From Methanothrix sp. (GTDB lineage Archaea > Halobacteriota > Methanosarcinia > Methanotrichales > Methanotrichaceae), in assembly GCA_037128175.1 (NCBI GenBank), contig JBAXWY010000004.1, forward strand, positions 1 to 64,000: a stretch of 64,000 nucleotides of DNA. Direction: 5' to 3'. Position numbers and translations under genes: made by a program. Positions 37,865 to 46,134 of this stretch are shown here, piece after piece; position 1 is the stretch's first letter; each line of letters begins with the position of its first letter. A model generated the notes under the pieces. It did no database searches. It was not told the DNA's origin and saw nothing but the letters and a program-made list of their open reading frames with translations.

Positions 37865-37963
37865 TTGTGGCCGCAGTGCACAGTCCGAGGAGCGCGGTCT
37901 CTTCCCGGCGGCGCGGCGAAAGTCATCTTCAAGATAATCATTGAGCAAAGAGGTGCGAAAGGG

Positions 37964-38173
37964 ATGAACAACATAAAAAAAGGATCTTGTAGCGAAAGTT
38001 TGAACGGGAAGTTGGCCTACGACCCCCCCAAGGCTATGCGCCTGAACGATATGCGTAGCGGGGCAGGCGGGCCGGGTTGCTTCAATACTGGCAGCAGTAA
38101 TAGTTCCAGTTGTTCTACAGGCAGTAGTGCTAGTGGTCTGGGATGCATTTCATCAGGCAATAGCCCCAGATAA
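37964..38173 (+). CDS. RiPP precursor, family B (B5)
   Basis: MNNIKKGSCSESLNGKLAYDPPKAMRLNDMRSGAG-GPGCFNTGSSNSSSCSTGSSASGLGCISSGNSPR; GAGGTG SD. Confidence 0.85.
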   Translation: MNNIKKGSCSESLNGKLAYDPPKAMRLNDMRSGAGGPGCFNTGSSNSSSCSTGSSASGLGCISSGNSPR

Positions 38174-38242
38174 CGGGGCAGGCTCTTGTTATGGAGGCAG
38201 TGGCGATGTTGACTATTGCGAAGTTGGCAATGGCGTGCTGAC

Positions 38243-39784
38243 ATGAATCGAGCTGCAATGCGCTTGACTCTAGCCGATGGCACAAGCCTTCGGATTGCTG
38301 CAGGAGATGACCTCTCCCGGCCAGCCGTCGATCTGTTGGGACGGGCTATGCAGCTATGCCCAGCCGAGGGCGATGAGCGGTTGATTGTGGCCGCGGTGGA
38401 TGAAGCAGGGGAGCCACAGCCATCCGGCAGCCCACAGGTTTGCATTCTCAGACCGTCTAATAGCGACGGCGATGTTACCGGTCAGGCTGTGGAGCTCTCG
38501 CTGGCCATAGCCAGGGATGTCCAATCTCGGGGAGGCGTTCTGCTGCATGGCGCTCTGGCGAAACGCGGTGGCTATGGCGTGATCATGGCCGCGCCGGGAT
38601 GCACCGGCAAGAGTACAGCCTCCAGGCGTCTGCCTTTGCCCTGGGAATCGCTTTCCGATGATGCCACGCTCGTGGTGCAGGACGGCATGGGCCGCTACTT
38701 TGCTCACCCCTGGCCCACCTGGAGCCTCTTCTGGGAAGGATCCGGCGGCACCTGGCCCACGGAGAAGGCTGTGCCCTTAAAGGCGATCTTCTTCCTCGCT
38801 CAGGCCCCTCTGGAGAAAGTCGAGCCGATTAACCAGACTGTGGCCGCTGCCATGCTCATGCTGTCTGTGGAGCAGGTCTCCAGGTCCATGACTTATCGCC
38901 TTTCGCCAGAAGAGGTGCATCAGGTCCACAGCCGGCAGCTTACAAATGTCTCGGCCCTGGCAAAAGCCGTGCCCGCATTCATTCTGCAACTGAGCCTGAC
39001 CGGTCAATTCTGGGTGGAGATGGAGCGCGCCCTGCAAGGCCTGCAGGGCCTCGATAAGCAGGTGGTTTTGCATCCATCTCCCGCGCCTCCTATCTCGGCA
39101 GGTTCATTTTTCGGGGGCTCGCTTCCCATTGTCCTCACCGGCAATAGCATGAATCCCTTCCTGCGCTCGGGCGACCTATTGGAGGTCATGCTTCTGAGCC
39201 GTGAGCTTTCGCGTGGCGACGTGATCTACTTCCAGTCTCCCGACGAAGAAGGAATGGTTGTGCATAGAGTCGTGCGCCTCAATGCTACTGGGGCCCAAAC
39301 CCGCGGAGACAACAACCCTACCGATGATCCAAAACAGGTGCCATTCGATGCGATCGTGGGACGGGTAGTCGCGGCCCACCGTGGCCAAAGACGCTTTTGT
39401 GTCCCAGGAGGACGGCAGGGCCTGGCCAGATCTTGCCTGGGAAAAGCCCGGCGTCAGATTCGATCGAGCTTGGCGAGGCTCTTTGGCAGCGCCTACCGCG
39501 GCCTGGCCCGGACGGGATTGGGAAATCGCCTCCTTCCGGTGCCTTTGAGGCCGCGCATGGTGGCATTCGGCTCAACTCCTCGCCAACATTTGAAGCTCGT
39601 CTGTGGCCAAAGCGAGATAGGGCATTATGACGACCGGGCAGGGCAGTGGAAAATCCGGCTACCCTTCCGGCTGATCGTGGATGAATCGGCTCTGGGGCGG
39701 GCAGCCGCTCAGGTGGACGAGGCAAGGACGCAGGCCAGAGACAAGACCCTGGAGAGACTGCGCATGCGTGCCGGCAATGCATAG
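38243..39784 (+). CDS. ScmC-like HPr-kinase-related P-loop protein fused to an S24/S26 peptidase domain
   Basis: LLHGAL...IMAAPGCTGKST...LSDD...AHPWPTWS; then LTGNSMNPFL..GD...RGDVIYF...VVHRVV...TRGDNN..DD. Confidence 0.8.
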   Translation: MNRAAMRLTLADGTSLRIAAGDDLSRPAVDLLGRAMQLCPAEGDERLIVAAVDEAGEPQPSGSPQVCILRPSNSDGDVTGQAVELSLAIARDVQSRGGVLLHGALAKRGGYGVIMAAPGCTGKSTASRRLPLPWESLSDDATLVVQDGMGRYFAHPWPTWSLFWEGSGGTWPTEKAVPLKAIFFLAQAPLEKVEPINQTVAAAMLMLSVEQVSRSMTYRLSPEEVHQVHSRQLTNVSALAKAVPAFILQLSLTGQFWVEMERALQGLQGLDKQVVLHPSPAPPISAGSFFGGSLPIVLTGNSMNPFLRSGDLLEVMLLSRELSRGDVIYFQSPDEEGMVVHRVVRLNATGAQTRGDNNPTDDPKQVPFDAIVGRVVAAHRGQRRFCVPGGRQGLARSCLGKARRQIRSSLARLFGSAYRGLARTGLGNRLLPVPLRPRMVAFGSTPRQHLKLVCGQSEIGHYDDRAGQWKIRLPFRLIVDESALGRAAAQVDEARTQARDKTLERLRMRAGNA

Positions 39785-39796
39785 GCCGAAAAGAAT

Positions 39797-40495
39797 ATGC
39801 AGTTATTCGCCCTACCTACGTGCATGTTGGATGAGTTCATCCGTTACACTGCCCTGCAGCGCGATCAAGCTCCTTTGGCCTCTCTATTGATTTACCTGAA
39901 GCGAAAAGGAGGCTATGTTCAGCTCAATCAGATCTGGCGGGAGAATGGACCCACCGGGGGCGGCCCCTTCTGGAACCAGACCACCCTTTTAAACAAGCTG
40001 GACAAGCTGGAGCGCCTGGGGATTGTCAGCATGGAGCGGCGAATTCTGCCCTCGCCCCGCGATGAGGCCAAAAAAAAGACCAACACCTTCTACCGGATAA
40101 GTCCCGAAACACCCCTTTATCCTTACATCTTCGGCATGCTCAAGATCTACCGGGAGGAGCCGGATAAATATTCCTCGGAACTGGTGGAAAAGCCCCTCGA
40201 TCATCTAAGCGATCTGGCAGGCCGCTGTGCCTCCGGCGACCCGCTGGTGGGCCGGGAGCTGGATGTGGCCATGGAGCTGATCGGCGAGGTCTTCTCTGTG
40301 GGAGGCGACGAGGTCAAGAGGATGATCAAGGAGAGGATGGCCAGAAGGGGCATGATCAGGGATCGCAGGAATGAGCTGCCGGAAAATGCCCCCGCAGAAA
40401 TAAAAATAAAGCCGAAGAGGGCCGGGGCAGAGGCAAAAAAATCCACGAAGAAAGAAAAGACGAAACCCATGTCCGAAGAAGAGGATTCAGAGTAG
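39797..40495 (+). CDS. Hypothetical protein with a winged-helix-like N-terminus
   Basis: LLIYLKR...LNQIW...QTTLLNKLDKLERLGIV..ERR...TFYRI pattern; low-complexity Lys/Glu tail. Confidence 0.45.
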   Translation: MQLFALPTCMLDEFIRYTALQRDQAPLASLLIYLKRKGGYVQLNQIWRENGPTGGGPFWNQTTLLNKLDKLERLGIVSMERRILPSPRDEAKKKTNTFYRISPETPLYPYIFGMLKIYREEPDKYSSELVEKPLDHLSDLAGRCASGDPLVGRELDVAMELIGEVFSVGGDEVKRMIKERMARRGMIRDRRNELPENAPAEIKIKPKRAGAEAKKSTKKEKTKPMSEEEDSE

Positions 40496-42232
40496 ATCGC
40501 TCCACCCTCTCTTTTTCCGATAGATCCTGAGCATCTCCTCCACCGTTTCAGGTGTCACCAATCCTGCGGCAGAGACTGTCTCGTAGAAACGGCGCGGCAC
40601 GCGCACGTTTGAGAGGTCGAATCCCTCCTGTACCTTGAATTTGTACTTTTCCTCAAAGATCCTTTTGCCCAGCTCCATTAGATCATCCTTTGTCTTGACA
40701 ATGCCAACCGTTTCCAAAGAGTCGATGATATTCTCCTCTGTGTAAACGCCGCGAGCAAACAAACAGCCTACCAGGGAGTTGAAAACGCCGCGGGAATTGT
40801 CCTCTTTGATGAGCTCATCAACCATCATCTCTATCTCCATGGGCTTTTTGACGGCCTTCTGGTCGACGGCGTATCCTGCGTTGTCCAGATGAGAGTGGCG
40901 CACACCCACCAGTTGGCCCACGATGGAGGCAGGACCGGTATGGTAGCCGGAGACCTCGTTTCCTCCTAACGCCATGGCGTAATCCAATCCGCCGTACTTT
41001 TTCGCGGCATAGTCCACCCCCCGAGCCAGAGCCCCATAAAATTCATTGGGCGCTTTGACGATATTCTCTAAGGCCCGCGTGTAGCCGTCTACGCCGTTCC
41101 ACTGTAGCGGGACATCCAGGGTCTCTTTGCTGGTGATCAGCCCCTTTTCCAGAGCCTCGGTGGCCCAGGAGAGGACCACTCCCGCCGACATTACATCCAG
41201 GCCCAGCCTCTCGCAGACGTCGATCAGTTGCAGGACTCCTTTCGCTGAGCCCACGCCCAGGTTCGAACCCAGGGAATAGATGGGCTCGTAGTCGTAGGAG
41301 ACCTTTCTTACCTCGAATTCGTGATGACTGGAAAAGGCCGTCTTCAGAGCGGCGATATGCACACAGCCGATGGGGCATCCGGCGCAGGAGAGCCTGCGGA
41401 AGAGGTGGTTTTCTGCAAACATCTCGCCGCTGATATTTTCGCTTTGTGTAAAGCTGGAGAGAAGGAAGTTTTTGGTAGGCAGACCTTTGAGCCAATTCAG
41501 GGCGCTGATGTTCACAGAGGTGCCTATATCATGGTACTTCTCCATGACATCCGTCTGCACCGCGGTCTTGTAGAGCCGATTGTAGACCTCTTTGTAACGC
41601 TTGGCATCCGGAACATCGATCGTCTCCGTTCCTGAGATCACCAGGGCCTTGAGTTTCTTGGAACCGAAAACTGCGCCAAGGCCCAGCCGCCCAAAGTGCC
41701 GGTAGGTGTCCACCACCACGCCCGCGTACCTCACCTTGGCTTCCCCGGCCTGACCGATGCGGATAATGGAGCGCCGACCGACACCGGGCTCGCGATCGCG
41801 CAGGATCACGCCCGTAGTCTGGGCATCGATGCCCCAGATCGATGTGGCGTCCTTGATCTTTACCTCGCCGTCATTTATGGAGATGTAAGAAGGCTGCTCT
41901 GCCTGGCCGCGGATGACCACTGCCTCATGCCCGGCAAACCGCAAGGCCAGAGAGAGCCTGCCTCCAGCATAGGACTCGCCCAATTCTCCAGTAAGCGGCG
42001 ATTTGAAGGTGGCTACGGTCTTGGTGGCCACGGGAAAGATGCCGTTGAGGGGACCGATGGAGAAAATTATTGGTGCAGCGGCAGAAAGTGGATCGGTGCC
42101 TGCGGGGCACTCCTCCTGGAGGAGTCGAATTCCTACGCCGGTCCCGCCCATCCACTTCTCGAAGAGTTCCTGCCTCTCTTCAACCCATGATTCTTCTTTA
42201 GAAAGATCGATGTAGAGAACTTTTCGCAGCAT
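40487..42232 (-). CDS. Aldehyde:ferredoxin oxidoreductase family (W/Mo-pterin)
   Basis: LYIDLS, FKSPLTG..GES.AGG, GRLGLGAVFGSKKLKA, C..CPIGC, YEP, CERLGLD. Start placed at MLRKV. Confidence 0.9.
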   Translation of the reverse strand: MLRKVLYIDLSKEESWVEERQELFEKWMGGTGVGIRLLQEECPAGTDPLSAAAPIIFSIGPLNGIFPVATKTVATFKSPLTGELGESYAGGRLSLALRFAGHEAVVIRGQAEQPSYISINDGEVKIKDATSIWGIDAQTTGVILRDREPGVGRRSIIRIGQAGEAKVRYAGVVVDTYRHFGRLGLGAVFGSKKLKALVISGTETIDVPDAKRYKEVYNRLYKTAVQTDVMEKYHDIGTSVNISALNWLKGLPTKNFLLSSFTQSENISGEMFAENHLFRRLSCAGCPIGCVHIAALKTAFSSHHEFEVRKVSYDYEPIYSLGSNLGVGSAKGVLQLIDVCERLGLDVMSAGVVLSWATEALEKGLITSKETLDVPLQWNGVDGYTRALENIVKAPNEFYGALARGVDYAAKKYGGLDYAMALGGNEVSGYHTGPASIVGQLVGVRHSHLDNAGYAVDQKAVKKPMEIEMMVDELIKEDNSRGVFNSLVGCLFARGVYTEENIIDSLETVGIVKTKDDLMELGKRIFEEKYKFKVQEGFDLSNVRVPRRFYETVSAAGLVTPETVEEMLRIYRKKRGWSDLL

Positions 42233-42233
42233 T

Positions 42234-42761
42234 TCATCCTCCTGAGGCCGGAATCTCCTCCAGCATAAGAACGCCATGCGGGCAGAAGTCCACGCAGGCT
42301 CCGCAGTGAATGCATTTTATGGGCTTTTTCTCTTTACCAAGGGTTACCGCGCCCACCAAGCAAGCCTTCTCGCAGCTGCCGCAACCAATGCAGCGGTCCT
42401 TGTGAAAGACCACACTGCCGTTTTGCCTCTTCTCCATGGCGCCCGTGGGGCAGGCGCGGGCACAGGGAGGATCCTGGCAGCCGCGGCAGACCACAACGCG
42501 AAAATCGCCCTCAATGCCGCCCTGCGTCTGCACCTTGATGGCGCTGTTTTGCAGGGAGACGGTGCCCGTGCGCGTGCGGCTGCAAGCGAACATGCAGCTA
42601 AGGCAGCCTATGCAGCGCTCGGGATGGGCCACCTTGAGGCGGCGGCGCATCCTGGGCGTGGCTGCCTCTTTCTCGGCGGGCTCAAGGACCGGCTTGGCCT
42701 CTGTTTCTTTAATCACTTCTACAGCCTGGCTCTCTATCATTTCATGATCCACCCCCAGCAA
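42234..42761 (-). CDS. 4Fe-4S ferredoxin-type subunit
   Basis: Four cluster motifs: CIGCLSCMFAC, CRGC..PPC...CP, CIGCGSC...C, CIHCGAC...CP. Confidence 0.9.
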   Translation of the reverse strand: MLGVDHEMIESQAVEVIKETEAKPVLEPAEKEAATPRMRRRLKVAHPERCIGCLSCMFACSRTRTGTVSLQNSAIKVQTQGGIEGDFRVVVCRGCQDPPCARACPTGAMEKRQNGSVVFHKDRCIGCGSCEKACLVGAVTLGKEKKPIKCIHCGACVDFCPHGVLMLEEIPASGG

Positions 42762-42867
42762 GAATCACTTTTTAATCATATTTGTGTCCAAAACATAAAG
42801 TGGCAGGCTTGCTCTATTCAAACCTTATGCGACATTGTGATGTGCTCTATTAATATTAGTATATAAT

Positions 42868-43407
42868 TTACAACTTGATTTTGGATTCACATAAGGATCC
42901 TGCGCGCATGAAAGAACCGAGTTCATCTTTTCCGCTAGTTTTTTGAATTTTACAGCAAATATGATAATTCCAATTTTTAATGCCACATTCTCTGTTGATA
43001 TGATCTTCCAGCTCTTGGTTCCTTATCTTTACATGAACACTTCCAGGTACACTAATGAATGCCATCCATTTTATGTCTTGATTCTCTAAGCGGTTGCATC
43101 TGGTTATTAGAGATTTATATACACATGCAATTTGTTCTATGGCGTCCTTGATTTTATGTCCTTTGAGCTCAACTAGGCAAAGTATCTTAGTACTCATATT
43201 ATCATAAGCAAGAGTTACAATTAAGTCGCAAATTCTATCAATATTTAAATCACTTTTCAAAGGACATTTCTTGTTATTGGTATCATCTATTAAGAAGAAT
43301 TTGACATCCTCATGTTTTCTAGGGATTACATTTACTCGATTTCCCATCTTGGGCTCTTTCCAAGAGGTTCCCTCAATTAGGCAAGGTTTTAGAGTATCAC
43401 ATAGCAT
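42868..43407 (-). CDS. Hypothetical protein, PD-(D/E)XK-like motif
   Basis: ICDLIV...LVELKG....AIEQI; AT-rich; directly downstream of the ATPase. Confidence 0.5.
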   Translation of the reverse strand: MLCDTLKPCLIEGTSWKEPKMGNRVNVIPRKHEDVKFFLIDDTNNKKCPLKSDLNIDRICDLIVTLAYDNMSTKILCLVELKGHKIKDAIEQIACVYKSLITRCNRLENQDIKWMAFISVPGSVHVKIRNQELEDHINRECGIKNWNYHICCKIQKTSGKDELGSFMRAGSLCESKIKL

Positions 43408-43419
43408 CCAAATATCTCC

Positions 43420-44892
43420 TTATAACTCCATCCTTAAATCTAGAATTCTTTGTGATACCTGATTAAACGTTTCCCATTCTATGAATCCGTCCTCTTCTAG
43501 AATGCTTTTCGCTGTACCATCTGCAAATAGGTATACGGAAACATTATCTTTTGAGATAAATGCCTTCGAATTTTTTAAATAAAATTTGTCTTTTATTGTT
43601 TCTAAATTCTCCAAGGACGCTGCTTTCATTAAATTAATGAGATGATCTACGATATAGGGACTGTGCGTGGTAATTATTACATGGATACCAGAATTTACTA
43701 GCATTACTATAAACTCGATAAGCTTTGCTTGTGCTTCAGGATGCAGATTCATTTCTGGCTCATCAATAACTAAGAGATTTCTTTTATCTGCAAGATATCT
43801 TAAATATAATACCAGTGGGGAGAGTTCCTTTACCATTGAAGAGGCCACAGGTATATCTACAGATATTCCTTTTGGATCTAACGGCTTAAAAAGAAGTTCT
43901 CTCGCCGGATTTGGCTCTGGATCTGAGTAGTCAACATTCCCTTGAAGTATTTCTTTCTGCAGGATTTCAGCTAACTGCAAATAGGTTTCTACATTTCCAT
44001 TTTCTTTTATCTCTCGTTGGCGCTTTGAATAGCTCCCTTCATGCATGGTCTTACCAAGTAGGCTTATCAATCCATATATTGGGTCAGAGATTATTAGACT
44101 TACATTTCGCTCTTCATCGATATTTGTACCGATTTCTGAATCATTTTCCATTTTATTCGACCTCATATTTTCTATTTTGCTAGGTCTCATAAATAACTGA
44201 ATTAGATCCGTAAATGCGATCCGCTCAGACGGGAAAAAATATATATTAAAATAAACAGATCTTGAGATTATTCTAAATACATTAGAAATTATAATATCCT
44301 CTATTGCTCTCTTGGGGACTCGTTTTTTAAAATCAACATCTTCGGAGGAATTATCCGAAATATCGCTATTAGATGTGTAAAATGAGATGTCTGGATTATT
44401 CTTTTCTTTGAGCAAATTTAATAATGCTTTGCCGTCTTTACTTATAAAAAAACTGGCTTTCATGCCGTATGATGTAATGTTCTGTACAATTTGATCATTG
44501 CTCTCTTTGAGATTCACACTCATTTCCATATCCTTGAAATTAGCATTTGAACTTCCCAGGAAATCCTGAATCCATTCCTTCTCAAGAAGCCCTAGATCAT
44601 TGAAATAATATTCGCCAAATTCATTATAGAAGTCAATTAAGTTAATTTTAGTACTGCCAAAATCAAGAAGTTGTATTATTGCATTATCCAAAGACGGATA
44701 TATTCCACGAGTTTCATTACTTAAATAGGATTTTACATATTCACTCCAGGAGCGTGATCCAAAGAGGGCTGAAAGTGTATAAGCTGTCCAAGTTTTTCCA
44801 GCATTATTGGGGCCAACAAAAACCGTTAATGGTTTTACTTCAATTGATGTCTCCTTCTTAATGGGTCCTAGGTTATTAATATTAACGTCCAT
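43420..44892 (-). CDS. ABC-type ATPase (AAA_15/AAA_21, AbiEii-like)
   Basis: INNLGPI, VGPNNAGKT Walker A, PSER, ASSMVKEL, LVIDEPEMNLHP, ITTHSPY. Confidence 0.85.
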   Translation of the reverse strand: MDVNINNLGPIKKETSIEVKPLTVFVGPNNAGKTWTAYTLSALFGSRSWSEYVKSYLSNETRGIYPSLDNAIIQLLDFGSTKINLIDFYNEFGEYYFNDLGLLEKEWIQDFLGSSNANFKDMEMSVNLKESNDQIVQNITSYGMKASFFISKDGKALLNLLKEKNNPDISFYTSNSDISDNSSEDVDFKKRVPKRAIEDIIISNVFRIISRSVYFNIYFFPSERIAFTDLIQLFMRPSKIENMRSNKMENDSEIGTNIDEERNVSLIISDPIYGLISLLGKTMHEGSYSKRQREIKENGNVETYLQLAEILQKEILQGNVDYSDPEPNPARELLFKPLDPKGISVDIPVASSMVKELSPLVLYLRYLADKRNLLVIDEPEMNLHPEAQAKLIEFIVMLVNSGIHVIITTHSPYIVDHLINLMKAASLENLETIKDKFYLKNSKAFISKDNVSVYLFADGTAKSILEEDGFIEWETFNQVSQRILDLRMEL

Positions 44893-44994
44893 GTTAGTTC
44901 TCCTTTAATGTATGGTCCATTTAAGATAAGTTGGTATCCTATTTGAATGCTTAGAATGGTTGAAAAAAGAAATGAAATATGATTCGCGAAGCGG

Positions 44995-46110
44995 TTACTC
45001 CGCATTCACGAACCTTTTCTCCAGCACCTTCATGACATGGGGGAGTGTGGTGTACTCCATGTCCTCCATGGGGAGACGCGCCGGCTCGAAGGGCCCGTGC
45101 GCCCTCATGTAATCAGTGATCTCCAGGCATCTCTTGCGGGTCAGGTCGAAGGCCACATCTTTGAAGAGATCCACGGGACCTACGAAGTTTCCGTAGGCCA
45201 TCTGGAAGCCGGCGGCTATGACGCGAGGCGGACCGTCAAACCTTGTGGGGTGCGCGGTCTCAAAGGAGCAGGGCATGAGGGGACCGTTGTGGCTGCCTCG
45301 CATCCATCCGCTTACCAGGTGCCCGAGAGCAAAGGGCTCCAGCACCTCTCCCAAAGCGGGCAGGCCGGACTGGCAGCGCACCAGGGCCACAGGGTCATCC
45401 TTGCCTACGTAAGTTCCAGCCGTCTGGAAGAGCTTCTCCGTGCTTACCACAGCCACGGCCTCCTGCTCGGAGATCTTGCTATTCGGCTTGCAAAAGACCC
45501 TCTTGATCACATAGCGGCTCTTGGCGCCGATAAGCGCCAGCAGGTCGTACATCTCGCCCGGGCAGTACATGAAGACCCGTCTGTGCTCCATGATATCCCA
45601 GACCTCGAAGGTGAAGCCATGATGGCAGGCCGGATCTATGACCAGGCCGGCTGTGTTGAAGGGGTCGGCGAACATCTTGAAGATGGGCAGATTGAAGGCC
45701 CCCGGTTCGGTCTTGTCCATCATGAAGGCGACGACGGGCTCAGAGGTGCGCTCCTCAATCTCCATCTCCGCCACGCCCGGTCCCATGCCGCGAATGTTGC
45801 CGGAGAAGGCGTCCGCCAAAAGATCCTGCCCGGCTCCGTAGAGCTTGAGCTTCTTGGCAACAACGGTTGCCTCCTCGAAGGTCTCCCAGGCCAGGGCATG
45901 CACCTCGCCGTTGTCGCAGCCTTTCTTGTGGCTCATAAGAAGCTCCAGGTCGTCGCCGCAGGCAAGCACCCTAAAGTCTATCAGTGCGCCGGACTTCTTG
46001 GCCTGGGCAAGCTTCGACTCCGCAGTCTCGATCAATGCTGGATGGACCGAGGAGTGGCCGGGATAGCCGCCAACATCGGCTTTTATCAGGCTGATTGTGA
46101 TCTTTGTCAT
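44995..46110 (-). CDS. fbp: Bifunctional fructose-1,6-bisphosphate aldolase/phosphatase (class V FBPase)
   Basis: SLIKADVGG.PGH, CGDD, LYGAGQDLL, GMGPG.AE, DKTEPGAFN, YVGKDDP, GWMRGSH, MEYTTLP. Confidence 0.95.
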   Translation of the reverse strand: MTKITISLIKADVGGYPGHSSVHPALIETAESKLAQAKKSGALIDFRVLACGDDLELLMSHKKGCDNGEVHALAWETFEEATVVAKKLKLYGAGQDLLADAFSGNIRGMGPGVAEMEIEERTSEPVVAFMMDKTEPGAFNLPIFKMFADPFNTAGLVIDPACHHGFTFEVWDIMEHRRVFMYCPGEMYDLLALIGAKSRYVIKRVFCKPNSKISEQEAVAVVSTEKLFQTAGTYVGKDDPVALVRCQSGLPALGEVLEPFALGHLVSGWMRGSHNGPLMPCSFETAHPTRFDGPPRVIAAGFQMAYGNFVGPVDLFKDVAFDLTRKRCLEITDYMRAHGPFEPARLPMEDMEYTTLPHVMKVLEKRFVNAE

Positions 46111-46134
46111 CTTAGCGTCCCTCTGCTATTGCTT

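Noticed and set aside
35143-38173. CRISPR array or structured ncRNA repeats
   Set aside because: The repeats are long, degenerate, irregularly spaced and derive from scmF/scmC gene ends; the intervening units are peptide ORFs; no cas genes.
18044-39784. Lasso peptide cluster (lasso-like leaders, RRE, kinase, nucleotidyltransferase, ABC exporter)
   Set aside because: No asparagine-synthetase-like cyclase or transglutaminase-like B2 protease in the window; the cores are multi-Cys and sit with rSAM/SPASM enzymes.
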